Source of the DNA: Macrostomum hystrix
Lineage: Eukaryota > Animalia > Platyhelminthes
Assembly: GCA_950097015.1 (NCBI GenBank)
Contig: CATNEN010000039.1
Coordinates: forward strand, 7,626,001 to 7,690,000
Direction: 5' to 3'
DNA length: 64,000 nt
The stretch's first letter is position 1. Every line of letters begins with the position of its first letter. Of this stretch, positions 1 to 13,340 are shown one piece after another. Position numbers and translations under genes: made by a program. Under the pieces are notes generated by a model. The model was not told the origin of the DNA, ran no database searches, and worked only from the letters and a program-made list of their open reading frames with translations.

Positions 1-1470
<1,470 letters not shown>

Positions 1471-1472
<2 letters not shown>

Positions 1473-1718
1473 TTCTGTTAGAATTTCTGTTAGAATTTCT
1501 GTTAGAATTTCTGTTAGAATTTCTGTTAGAATTTCTGTTAGAATTTCTGTTAGAATTTCTGTTAGAATTTCTGTTAGAATTTCTGTTAGAATTTCTGTTA
1601 GAATTTCTGTTAGAATTTCTGTTAGAATTTCTGTTAGAATTTCTGTTAGAATTTCTGTTAGAATTTCTGTTAGAATTTCTGTTAGAATTTCTGTTAGAAT
1701 TTCTGTTAGAATTTCTGT
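1471..1718. repeat. 12-bp tandem array (ATTTCTGTTAGA)x~21 abutting the Runx start codon
   Basis: Perfect units read directly; source of the TEIL/ISVR pseudo-ORFs. Confidence 0.97.
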
Positions 1719-2012
1719 TTGAATGCCAAAGAACTGTTTGGAATTACGACGTAGATGCGAAATATAACGCTTATCAGACGTCAATCATTTTTATGATTAG
1801 GCTGACAACTCGGAGGGGTATGAAAAATCTCAGGTATTCTCTGAGCATCAATCATGTGTCAGGCAGGTGTTGCACACGCGAATGTCGAAAGGATGAAGAA
1901 GAATTCAAACAGGTCTCCTGTGATTGGCTGCCGCTAATCACCTAAATATTCACATTTCAGGCATCAACTGCGCATATTTACCTGGCCAAATTATCCGACC
2001 TGTGCGCGGTGA

Positions 2013-3990
2013 ATGGAGTGAAGAGAGTGAAGAGAGTGAAGGGATTGAAGAGAGTGAAGGGAGTGAAGAGTGTGAAGGGAGTGAAGGGAGTGAAGGGAGT
2101 GAAGGGAGTGAAGGGAGTGAAAGGAGTGAAAGGAGCGAAGGGAGTGAGGGGAGTAAAGAGAGTAAAGGGATTGAAGGGAGTGAAGGGAGTGAAGGGATTG
2201 AAGGGAGTGAAGGGAGTTAAGACAGTAAAGGGAGTAAAGGGAGTGAAGAGAGTAAAGAGATTGAAGAGAGTGAAGAGAGTGAAGAGAGTGAAGGGAGTGA
2301 AAGGAGCGAAGGGAGTGAGGGGAGTGAAGAGAGTGAAGGGATTGAAGGGAGTGAAGGGAGTGAAGGGATTGAAGGGAGTGAAGGGAGTTAAGACAGTGAA
2401 GGGAGTGAAGGGAGTGAAGGGAGTGAAGGGAGTGAAGGGAGTGAAGGGAGTGAAGGGAGTGAAGGGAGTGAAGGGAGTGAAGGAGTTAAGACAGTAAAGG
2501 GAGTAAAGGGAGTGAAGAGAGTAAAGAGATTGAAGAGAGTGAAGGGAGTGAAGAGAGTGAAGGGAGTGAAGAGAGTGAAGGGAGTGAAGAGTGTGAAGGG
2601 AGTGAAGAGAGTGAAGGGAGTGAAGAGAGTGAAGGGATTGAAGAGAGTGAAGGGATTGAAGAGAGTGAAGGGATTGAAGAGAGTGAAGGGATTGAAGAGA
2701 GTGAAGGGAGTTAAGACAGTAAAGGGAGTAAAGGGAGTGAAGAGAGTAAAGAGATTGAAGAGAGTGAAGAGAGTGAAGAGAGTGAAGGGAGTGAAAGGAG
2801 CGAAGGGAGTGAGGGGAGTGAAGAGAGTGAAGGGATTGAAGGGAGTGAAGGGAGTGAAGGGATTGAAGGGAGTGAAGGGAGTTAAGACAGTGAAGGGAGT
2901 GAAGGGAGTGAAGGGAGTGAAGGGAGTGAAGGGAGTGAAGGGAGTGAAGGGAGTGAAGGGAGTGAAGGGAGTGAAGGGAGTGAAGGAGTTAAGACAGTAA
3001 AGGGAGTAAAGGGAGTGAAGAGAGTAAAGAGATTGAAGAGAGTGAAGGGAGTGAAGAGAGTGAAGGGAGTGAAGAGAGTGAAGGGAGTGAAGAGAGTGAA
3101 GGGATTGAAGAGAGTGAAGGGAGTGAAGAGTGTGAAGGGAGTGAAGAGAGTGAAGGGAGTGAAGAGAGTGAAGGGAGTGAAGAGAGTGAAGGGATTGAAG
3201 AGAGTGAAGGGATTGAAGAGAGTGAAGGGAGTTAAGACAGTAAAGGGAGTAAAGGGAGTGAAGAGAGTAAAGACAGTGAAGGGAGTTAAGGGAGTGAAGT
3301 GAGTGAAGGTGTTGAAGGGAGTGAAGGAAGTGAATGATAGATAGTGACAGATAATTAAGGGGGTTAAGGGAGTGAAGGGAGTGAAGGGAGTGAAGGGAGT
3401 GAAGGGAGTGAAGGGATTGAAGGGAGTGAAGGAGTTAAGACAGTAAAGGGAGTAAAGGGAGTGAAGAGAGTAAAGAGATTGAAGAGAGTGAAGGGAGTGA
3501 AGAGAGTGAAGGGATTGAAGAGAGTGAAGGGATTGAAGAGAGTGAAGGGATTGAAGGGAGTGGAGGGAGTTAAGACAGTGAAGGGAGTTAAGGGAGTGAA
3601 GTGAGTGAAGGTGTTGAAGGGAGTGAAGGGAGTGAAGGGAGTGAAGGGAGTGAAGAGATTGAAGGGAGTGAAGGGAGTGAGGGGAGTGAAGAGAGTGAAG
3701 GGATTGAAGGGAGTGGAGGGAGTTAAGACAGTGAAGGGAGTTAAGGGAGTGAAGTGAGTGAAGGTGTTGAAGGGAGTGAAGGGAGTGAAGGGAGTGAAGG
3801 GAGTGAAGAGATTGAAGAGAGTGAAGGGAGTGAGGGGAGTGAAGGGAGTGAAGAGATTGAAGAGAGTGAAGGGAGTGAGGGGAGTGATGAGAGTGAAGGG
3901 AGTGAAGGGAGTGAAGGGAGTGAAGGGAGTGAAGGGAGTGAAGGGAGTGAAGTGAGTGAAGGTGTTGAAGGGAGTGAAGGAAGTGAATGA
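2013..3990. repeat. ~2 kb purine-rich 9-bp minisatellite (GTGAAGGGA variants) with higher-order duplications
   Basis: Read directly; almost no C on the + strand. Confidence 0.97.
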
Positions 3991-4659
3991 TAGATAGTGA
4001 CAGATAATTAAGAAACGATTAGCGTTAGGGTTTCGATGATAAATACGCTCGTATTTAAAAGGGAATAAAAGCAGTATTTCCTACTTTAAATGAAATGCTA
4101 ATTCAACTTTTTAACCTGTAAAGTGTGATGCAGCTATGAAACCTCACAGGTAATTTCAAAATAAGGCACACTAAAATGAGATTATTCAATTTCGCTAATT
4201 TAGCAGCAGTTCCAGATGATTCTGTTGCAAAATACACACCGATGCGAGCCGCACACTGCTTGAGGCAGGCATTCGCATCTCTAGCCGGATGTGTTGAAAC
4301 TCCGGAATATTCCTAGATTCAAGTGGCAAATTCGCAGGCAATCATTTAATTGATTAGCTAACCCTACGAGGGGTCTTAATATTGGAGACTCTTCGTGTTT
4401 TTTTTCTTGAACTGGTGAGCGAGCCCTCATGGATGTTTCATTCTGTCTGTGGGCCGCGCGAAATTTGTACTCAATTTTTTAAGATACAGCACAGCGTTAT
4501 AGAACAAAAACTGAATTCTTCTGTGATACAGATAAATAAATATAAAATAAATATAAATATACAGTTGTTCAAATTCGTGCAAGAGGTGTGACGACGTTCA
4601 GAAGTTGTGCAGAATTGGTGCATAAAATGTACACAAAATGTACACAAGTTTTAATTTGA

Positions 4660-5140
4660 TGTACAGAAGTTGTACTTAGCTGTACAGAAGTTGTACTAAG
4701 CTGTACAGAAGTTGTACTAAGTTTTACAGAAGTTGTACTAAGTTGTACAGAAGTTGTACTAAGCTGTACAGAAGTTGTACTAAGCTGTACAGAAGTTGTA
4801 CTAAGCTGTACAGAAGTTGTATAGAAAATGTACAGAAGTTGTACTAAGCTGTACAGAAGTTGTACTATCCTGTACAGAAGTTGTACTAAGCTGTACAGAA
4901 GTTGTACTAAGCTGTACAGAAGTTGTACTAAGCTGTACAGAAGTTGTATAGAAAATGTACAGAAGTTGTACTAAGCTGTACAGAAGTTGTACTAAGCTGT
5001 ACAGAAGTTGTACTAAGCTGTACAGAAGTTGTACTAAGTTGTACAGAAGTTGTACTAAGTTGTACAGAAGTTGTACTAAGCTGTACTGAAGTTGTACTAA
5101 GCTGTACAGAAGTTGTACTAAGTTGTACAGAAGTTGTATA
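4660..5140. repeat. 21-bp minisatellite (GTACAGAAGTTGTACTAAGCT)
   Basis: Read directly. Confidence 0.95.
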
Positions 5141-5949
5141 GAAAATGCACTGAAGTTGTAAAGAATTTGTTAAAGATTTGTTCAGAATTCTTACAAAAGA
5201 GGTACAGAAACTGTACTGAATTCATAATGAAGTTGTTCAGAAATAGTTAAAAAGTTGAACAGAAATAGTTAACATCCATCATTTTCTCAAATTAGTTTTC
5301 TTATTCAAATTTTGCTAGCCAACACTGAACTAAAAGTACACAGGGTAAGTTAGAATCGAGTTCAAAATAACTAAACAGGCAGTAGAACAACTTACGCTCG
5401 TAACCTTCACGGTTGATCGAAGTGTATTTGCTTAAGTAACTTCGAGTTCTTTCTTCTGCAAAGCTAGCAAATAAATATGCAACAAGCCGTTATTAGACAG
5501 GGAAAATAGAATTTTAAGTAGGTAAAAATTATTTGAGTCCACTGCTTAGGTGCAGAATGAATAACGATGAACGATTTAAAAAATAACAGCTTTTGGTTGG
5601 CACTGAAGGCCAAGGCAATAGAATTTCAAATATTCACTCAATCCTGCTATCATAAAAATCATAGCTTATGCAACATTAATTAGATTTGTTCTTTAGATAT
5701 TCTGAAGCAATTTGTATTTCTTGACATCCTATAATAGAAATATCTTTCGACACCTAGACTTGAATTAAACATCCCTAAATGTGAAAAAAATTCTTTCGAC
5801 ATAGCAAAAAACTTTGCACACCCAAGAGCTTTGAAAATCTGCGATGAAGACTAAAACTGAGCCAAATGAACAAATTTAGGACTTAATTGCGGCCAGTTTA
5901 TTGCAATGGCCCCTAGGAAAAAAGTGACAAAACAATTTGCCTGTTGCTT

Positions 5950-8900
5950 CTAAAAGTGCGCGAACTTCTCTTTGCTTAAAATGAACTTCACGGCCTGCAG
6001 GCAGTCTTCAAAGAAGTAGTGCGGCTTCGTGAGCTCGGGGTCCCGCTCGATGTCCCGATGGCCGTGGTACACGTGCGGACCGTGCAGCGACTTCTCTTTC
6101 GGATTGAATACACCCGTGCCAACCAGGATAGCTGCGGTGATAGAGGGAGAATGTCTAGAGGGAGGGAGTGATAGAGGGAGAATGTCTAAGAGGGAGGGAG
6201 TGATAGAGGGACAATGTCTAGAGGGAGGGAGTGATAGAGGTAGAATGTCTAGAGGGAGGGAGTGATAGAGGGACAATGTCTAGAGGGAGGGTGTGATAGA
6301 GGGAGAATGTCTAGAGGGAGGGAGTGATAGAGGGAGAATGTCTAGAGGGAGGGAGTGATAGAGGGAGAATGTCATAGAGGGAGGGTGTGATAGAGGGAGA
6401 ATGTCTAGAGGGAGGGAGTGATAGAGGGAGAATGTCTAGAGGGAGGGAGTGATAGAGGTAGAATGTCTAAGAGGGAGGGTGTGATAGAGGGACAATGTCT
6501 AGAGGGAGGGAGTGATAGAGGGAGAATGTCTAGAGGGAGGGAGTGATAGAGGTAGAATGTCTAGAGGGAGGGTGTGATAGAGGGAGAATGTCTAGAGGGA
6601 GGGAGTGATAGAGGGAGAATGTCATAGAGGGAGGGTGTGATAGAGGGAGAATGTCTAGAGGGAGGGAGTGATAGAGGGAGAATGTCTAGAGGGAGGGAGT
6701 GATAGAGGTAGAATGTCTAAGAGGGAGGGTGTGATAGAGGGACAATGTCTAGAGGGAGGGAGTGATAGAGGTAGAATGTCTAGAGGGAGGGTGTGATAGA
6801 GGGAGGATGTCTAGAGGGAGGGAGTGATAGAGGGACAATGTCTAGAGGGAGGGTGTGATAGAGGGAGAATGTCTAGAGGGAGGGAGTGATAGAGGGAGAA
6901 TGTCATAGAGGGAGGGTGTGATAGAGGGAGAATGTCATAGAGGGAGGGTGTGATAGAGGGACAATGTCTAGAGGGAGGGAGTGATAGAGGTAGAATGTCT
7001 AGAGGGAGGGTGTGATAGAGGGAGGATGTCTAGAGGGAGGGAGTGATAGAGGGACAATGTCTAGAGGGAGGGTGTGATAGAGGGAGAATGTCTAGAGGGA
7101 GGGAGTGATAGAGGGAGAATGTCATAGAGGGAGGGAGTGATAGAGGGAGAATGTCATAGAGGGAGGGTGTGATAGAGGGAGAATGTCATAGAGGGAGGGT
7201 GTGATAGAGGGAGAATGTCATAGAGGGAGGGTGTGATAGAGGGAGAATGTCATAGAGGGAGGGTGTGATAGAGGGACAATGTCTAGAGGGAGGGAGTGCT
7301 CATATCATTAGGCTCACAGATGAAAAGCTTGGCCGTGTGCGGCACAAACTCGGCATCCTCAGGGATCATCCGTGACTTGGATATGGCTATCTTGTGCCGA
7401 ATCACTTTGATGTCGTCATGCGTTGGCGGGCCAGACAGAGAGCCGGAGAGCTTGCGAAATCGGCGCAGATACTGGTTGAAAAGGTTCGCGCCCTTGATAT
7501 CCACCTCCGGGTTGTCGCTGATGGATAGAATAAAATCTGTTAGCCAATACATTGAGCGCATCTGAAAGCCTCACGTGACCTTCCCACCTCACTCCCAGTT
7601 GTTCACTTCTACACCTCCCCCCACCTCACTCCTCGCTCTAAGTTCTAACCCTCACCCACCTCACTCCTCGCTCTAAGTTCTAACTAAGTTCTAACCCACC
7701 CCTGCTGTACACTTGTTGCATTCACCCACCTCACACCCCGCAATTCATTTCCTAACCTGTCAGCTACCTCGCTTGTTTGCTTACCCTATAAAGTAGAATC
7801 GTTTAATGGGACCGCAATTCGGCATATCCATAGCCATCTTAGTGACCGTGTGCTCAGCAAATCGATAGGTAATCTCGGATGGCTTTCCAAGCAAATGCGT
7901 ATACTGCAGCTGGTTGCCCGTCACCTTTTCGTACAGGGCCTCAAGACAGAGTAGGAAGGAGCCGTGGGCTAATCTGGAAGATTTTGAGGAGTTAGAGAGT
8001 AAATGACAAGATCCTCACCTGTCAGACAAGATCCTCACAGGTCAGACAAGATCCTCACAGGTCATACAGGATCCTCACCTGTCAGACAAGATCCCCACCT
8101 GTCATACAAGATCCTCACCTGTCAGACAAGAGACTCACCTGTCAGACAAGAGACTCACCTGTCAGACAAGAGACTCACCTGTCATACAAGATCCTCACCT
8201 GTCAGACAAGAGACTCACCTGTCAGACAAGAGACTCACCTGTCAGACAAGATACTCACCTGTCAAACAAGAGACTCACCTGTCAGACAAGAGACTCACCT
8301 GTCAGACAAGAGCTTCATCTCTCTAGAGTTTACTCACCGGGGCATGGGAGCCTCGGCCTTGAACACCAGGTCAAGGTTGCAGGCCAGGATTGGCAGGTGA
8401 GTTTCAGGATATTTTTCTGGCGGCCTGTCTGGCTTACCGTCAGTGACGAGCAGGTCGATCAGCACCTGCAGGTACGACTCCCAGCGGTCCGGCTCGCCAA
8501 TTGTCACAATGCCTTTAAGAGGCAAAAAAATTAGAAAATTTGAGTATCTACTGAATAATAATATTTGCAGGAGGGCTGCGGGCAATGTCATCCTTTGGTG
8601 ACACTGGACTTGACGCCAGCGAGGAGGCAATTCTGCCCATTTCGCTGACTCCTGAGCACACACTCACTCATCGTCAGGCAGTGTACACTTTACTGTGCCT
8701 TGGAGGTTGGCCCTCAAGGGCGTAAATTGCACGACAAGCCCCCAAGCCTTCTCTCCGCGGCTGCGCTACAAATGAATGGGGCCTCGCCGCGGAATTGAGC
8801 TCAGGGACCTTGGTGCGAGAGGCAAACGCGTTGCATTCCTTTCATATAGGCTTAAAAATGAGAATCAGTTCTGAAATTCTAGGAAATGAAGCAGTATAAC

Positions 8901-11153
8901 TTTACAGCGCCTTAGAACTAGAAAAGCAGAAGAAACAAAGAAAGAAATTAATGGAGTAAATGTGACCTTATAGTCTACCATTCAAGTTTAGATTACACTT
9001 ATTATAAGGTACGGGAAAGAACTGAAATTATACTGCCATTATTTCCTGGAATTAAGAGGCTCTTAGACCGCTCTGCTAATCACCCTCTACTATCTACTTA
9101 CAAGTAGTTGCAAGTGTTTGCTACTCACATTCGATTCTTGGAAAGTCAGGATTTTCCTTGTATCCATTAGCCTGAAATGATTTTTCGCCATTAACAAAAA
9201 AGAAATCATTTTTTCTGTGCAGCTCGATGGCAGCATTAGTGTGTTCTAAGAATACGACAGCTTAATGAAGGTTTCAAAACCCAGAGAAAGTTTGCAACAC
9301 TCGCCACAACAGCTCGATTTCTGTGGTCCACCATGTCCAATAGTGGATACGCTCTGGTCACGTCATCGAGGATGAAGACATTCTGAAAGCCGAGGCTGAA
9401 ATGGTGTTGTTTCCTTGAGTTGGCATTAGCTGGGATAAACATTTTGATGGTTGCCAAGGGTAACAAGCATGACTCACTCGGCGGCAATCTCCAGTATTGG
9501 CCCCTGGCCAACGAACAGCACCTGCTTGTTGTGCCACTTGGTGAATACAGACAACGGCGACTGCGAATGAATGCATTGCTCAGGCGAGATCTGCGGCAAG
9601 GGCAGGTGAGAATAAAGTATTGAAAGTGCTAATTCCAACTAATTGCTTGTGTTTTGCATCCGCTCATGAAGGAGGCAGTTCCGAAAGCTGATTGGCCAGG
9701 CAGAGAAAGTGAGCCTCGCTAGCTGATTGGTCAGGCAGAGAGAGGGAGTTATCGCTAGCTTCGCTAGCTGATTGGTCAGGCAGGGGGTGAAAGATCGCTA
9801 GCTGATTGGTCAGGCAGGGGAGGAACGATCGCTAGCTGATTGGTCAGGCAGGGGGTGAATGATCGCTAGCTGATTGGTCAGGCAGGGGGTGAAAGATCGC
9901 TAGCTGATTGGTCAGGCAGGGGGTGAACGATCGCTAGCTGATTGGTCAGGCAGGGGGTGACATATCGCTAGCTGATTGGTCAGGCAGGGGGTGAAAGATC
10001 GCTAGTTGATTGGTCAGGCAGGGGGTGACATATCGCTAGCTGATTGGTCAGGCAGGGGGTGAAAGATCGCTAGCTGATTGGTCAGGCAGGGTGTGAAAGA
10101 TCGCTAGCTGAATGGTCAGGCAGGGGGTGAAAGATCGCTAGCTGATTGGTCAGGCAGGGGCCGTGAAAGATCGCTAGCTGATTGGTCAGGCAGGGGGTGA
10201 ATGATCGCTAGCTGAATGGTCAGGCAGGGGGTGAAAGATCGCTAGCTGATTGGTCAGGCAGGGGGTGAAAGATCGCTAGCTAGCTGATTGGTCAGGCAGG
10301 GGGTGAAAGATCGCTAGCTGAATGGTCAGGCAGGGGGTGAAAGATCGCTAGCTGATTGGTCAGGCAGGGGCCGTGAAAGATCGCTAGCTGATTGGTCAGG
10401 CAGGGGGTGAATGATCGCTAGCTGAATGGTCAGGCAGGGGGTGAAAGATCGCTAGCTGATTGGTCAGGCAGGGGGTGAAAGATCGCTAGCTAGCTGATTG
10501 GTCAGGCAGGGGGTGAAAGATCGCTAGCTGATTGGTCAGGCAGGGGGTGAAAGATCGCTAGCTGATTGGTCAGGCAGGGGGTGAACGATCGCTAGTTGAT
10601 TGGTCAGGCAGGGGGTGACATATCGCTAGCTGATTGGTCAGGCAGGGGGTGAAAGATCGCTAGCTGATTGGTCAGGCAGGGGGTGAAAGATCGCTAGCTG
10701 ATTGGTCAGGCAGGGGCCGTGAAAGATCGCTAGCTGATTGGTCAGGCAGGGGGTGAAAGATCGCTAGCTGATTGGTCAGGCAGGGGGTGAAAGATCGCTA
10801 GCTGATTGGTCAGGCAGGGGCCGTGAAAGATCGCTAGCTGATTGGTCAGACAGGGGGTGAAAGGTCGCTAGCTGATTGGTCAGGCAGACAGTGGCACTGG
10901 CATTCAATAGGAGATTGACCCACGTCAGCACCTTGGCATTGAACCACTCAGACATCATGTGCGCCTTTCTGTCGCCCTTGGCGCAGCCGTTAGTCACGAA
11001 GGCGTAGGGCACCACCGGCAAGCCAGTCTCCTTCGACACAAGCAGCTTCATCATCTCTTTGGCCTGAGGCAGCGGGTTCAAGCCCAAAGCTATGACGCCA
11101 TCGATGTCAAACAGGATGCCGAATTCGACCTGAGGATGGTTCATCGCGTTCAT
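5950..11153 (-). CDS. HDHD5: HAD class IIA hydrolase, HDHD5/CECR5-like
   Basis: 8 in-phase exons: 10932-11153, 9478-9590, 9305-9395, 9129-9171, 8338-8512, 7785-7973, 7318-7517, 5950-6131. Motifs [92 protein letters not shown], HGHRD. Confidence 0.93.
6137..7297. repeat. 31-bp minisatellite filling the last HDHD5 intron
   Basis: (GTGATAGAGGGAGAATGTCTAGAGGGAGGGA)n runs to within a few nt of the acceptor and ~20 nt of the donor. Confidence 0.97.
8004..8312. repeat. 20-bp minisatellite in HDHD5 intron 5 (sense unit AGGTGAGTCTCTTGTCTGAC)
   Basis: ~15 units read directly. Confidence 0.95.
8584..8835 (-). mobile_element. SINE copy 2
   Basis: Reverse complement of the 531-837 body and B box. Confidence 0.8.
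9700..10887. repeat. 34-bp minisatellite with one CCAAT box per unit (HDHD5 intron 1)
   Basis: (GCTAGCTGATTGGTCAGGCAGGGGGTGAAAGATC)n, ~34 units. Confidence 0.96.
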
Positions 11154-11780
11154 ATAAAAGTAAATTACTTCATTGTTTTGTATCCTGCATTTTTGTTATG
11201 GTAAAATTTTCGCTTTACAATTCCGAGTAAGATAATGTTCCAGTTTAAAAAAAAAATACACGATTAGGTCCCCGACACTGTCAGACCGTCAACAGTTTGT
11301 AAACTTTTGCAAAAATGTCACAAAAGCTAATCTCTTTCCTATGCATTTTCCGCTAAAAATGCTGCGTGTTTTTTGTCTTATCTCTGTTAATGTTTCTTTT
11401 GATATGCACAGAAACACGCACCAGGCTGTGTGCTGTGTGTCATGAACGGGCCAGGGTCACAGCCTGTAGATTACTTGCTTGGCTCGCAACCAGCTCGGTT
11501 CAAATTAAAAAGGTCACTATCTAGCTGTTGAGTCCTTCACTGTAAATAAACCACACTACTTTCCCCTGGGGAAAGTACTCACTGTTAATTCACGATTACC
11601 GAATTTTTATGAAAGCTCATGGTTATGTGATAAAACTTAGTTTTATGTGATAAAACTAAGACGAGGGTCCTGTGAAATACCCCGTGGATTGTTCAGTGTA
11701 ATACCTGCCCTGTTAAAATGGGGCAGATATTTTGATCAGGAAAATTAAACAAACAAAATATATTTAAAGGCTAAGAACAA

Positions 11781-12315
11781 TATGCGGGGGTGAGTGTCAG
11801 AGCGGTTCACGGAGCTGCTTCTTATGCGGGGGTGAGTGTCAGAGCGGTTCACGGAGCTGCTTCTTATGCGGGAGGTGAGTGTCAGAGCGGTTCACGGAGC
11901 TGCTTCTTATGCGGGGGTGAGTGTCAGAGCGGTTCACGGAGCTGCTTCTTATGCGGGAGGTGAGTGTCAGAGCGGTTCACGGAGCTGCTTCTTATGCGGG
12001 AGGTGAGTGTCAGAGCGGTTCACGGAGCTGCTTCTTATGCGGGAGGTGAGTGTCAGAGCGGTTCATGGAGCTGCTTCTTATGCGGGAGGTGAGTGTCAGA
12101 GCGGTTCACGGAGTTGCTTCTTGCACCAATGAACCTGAGCTCGATTCTGCGGCGAGGCCACATTTACTTTACTCCCTTAAGGGACAACCGCAATGACACA
12201 GTGAGAATGTGCACTGCCTGACGATGAGAGTCAGGGCAGATGTACACACCTGTGTGTGCGTGTGTGCTCAGGAGTAGTCGAAATGGGCAGAATTGCCTCC
12301 TCGCTGGCTGCAGGT
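11781..12315 (+). mobile_element. SINE copy 3 with its 5' head amplified 8x
   Basis: 8 units of ~43 bp (tatgcgggaggtgagtgtcagagcggttcacggagctgcttct, 11781-12122), then the B box gagctcgattc and the normal body. Confidence 0.85.
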
Positions 12316-12427
12316 CAATTCTACAGGTTTTATCATGATAACTATTTGCAAGGATGCGACTTCGCCGGTTTCGTTGCTCGTTAAGATCAGTAAAACAAAA
12401 AAATTTCAAACACGAAAATATTTTCAC

Positions 12428-12830
12428 CTTTTGCTGAACTGGCTCCGCTTCCTCGAATGCGTCGTCAGCTTCGTCGAGCTCCGCATTAATCAGATCGTCG
12501 TCGTCTGCGGCATCCGCGTCATCCGCGTGGGAGCCGGGCTTCAGCTGCAGACCAGAGGACATACTATGAGTAGTATGCGCTAGTTTCGTATCTGGTGACG
12601 CCACTGAGCTGGAGTTATAAGCCGTCTAGCTGGCACCGCTCTGCCTTCACTCGCTTCCACTATTTATAGGCCAGCTCCAAGCTGATACGAGACGAGGCCC
12701 TGGCAGTTCAGTGCAGGCAACACTCACCAACCCCTGCGCTTCCACTGAACTGCATAATGACTGGCTTGGGGCACACGAAATCTGGACCGCTAAACTGAAT
12801 TCGTAATAACACGGGGTAGTATAGTTCACT
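12428..12830 (-). CDS. Possible exons of an unidentified protein with an acidic tract
   Basis: Candidate exons ELYYPVLLRIQFSGPDFVCPKPVIMQFSGSAGV|gtgagt and DTKLAH...ADDADAADDDDLINAELDEADDAFEEAEPVQQK|gtgaaa are phase-compatible; no domain recognised and the ends are unresolved. Confidence 0.35.
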
Positions 12831-13340
12831 GTAATTTTAGCTGTCAAATTAAACAGGGCTACAGAAATAAGAAACCTAAATTATGTGAAATAAAAGTGCA
12901 TGTGCAATTCAATGAAACTCACCTGGAAAAATTAGGTGTTGTGCAGTTTTTATAAATTAGGTTCTCCCGGTACGGTAACTTAGATTTTGTCAGGTGAGAA
13001 AAATCTCAAAGGACACAGATATCACGTGAATCTTTCACCAGTCTTGGCTTGCAATTAATTAGTTCTTTATTAGAACTTAGAAATCAATTTTAGCATTTCC
13101 AGGTCATTTTGGTCGTAGGAGCACTGCCACAGGATTGAATTGAGTGAAAAAAACTGCAGTTTTAGCCACAGAATATCTTAAGCCACAGCAAAACGAATTG
13201 GATTTAGCTATAGTGGATTAAATTGACTGCTGAAAGGACCAATTTGACCGGGAATTGCTATATTTGGAACTATAGGCTTGAAGTAGATACTTAAAATTTG
13301 ACAAACTGACGATCATAGTCTCTAAAAAACGGTAGAACTG

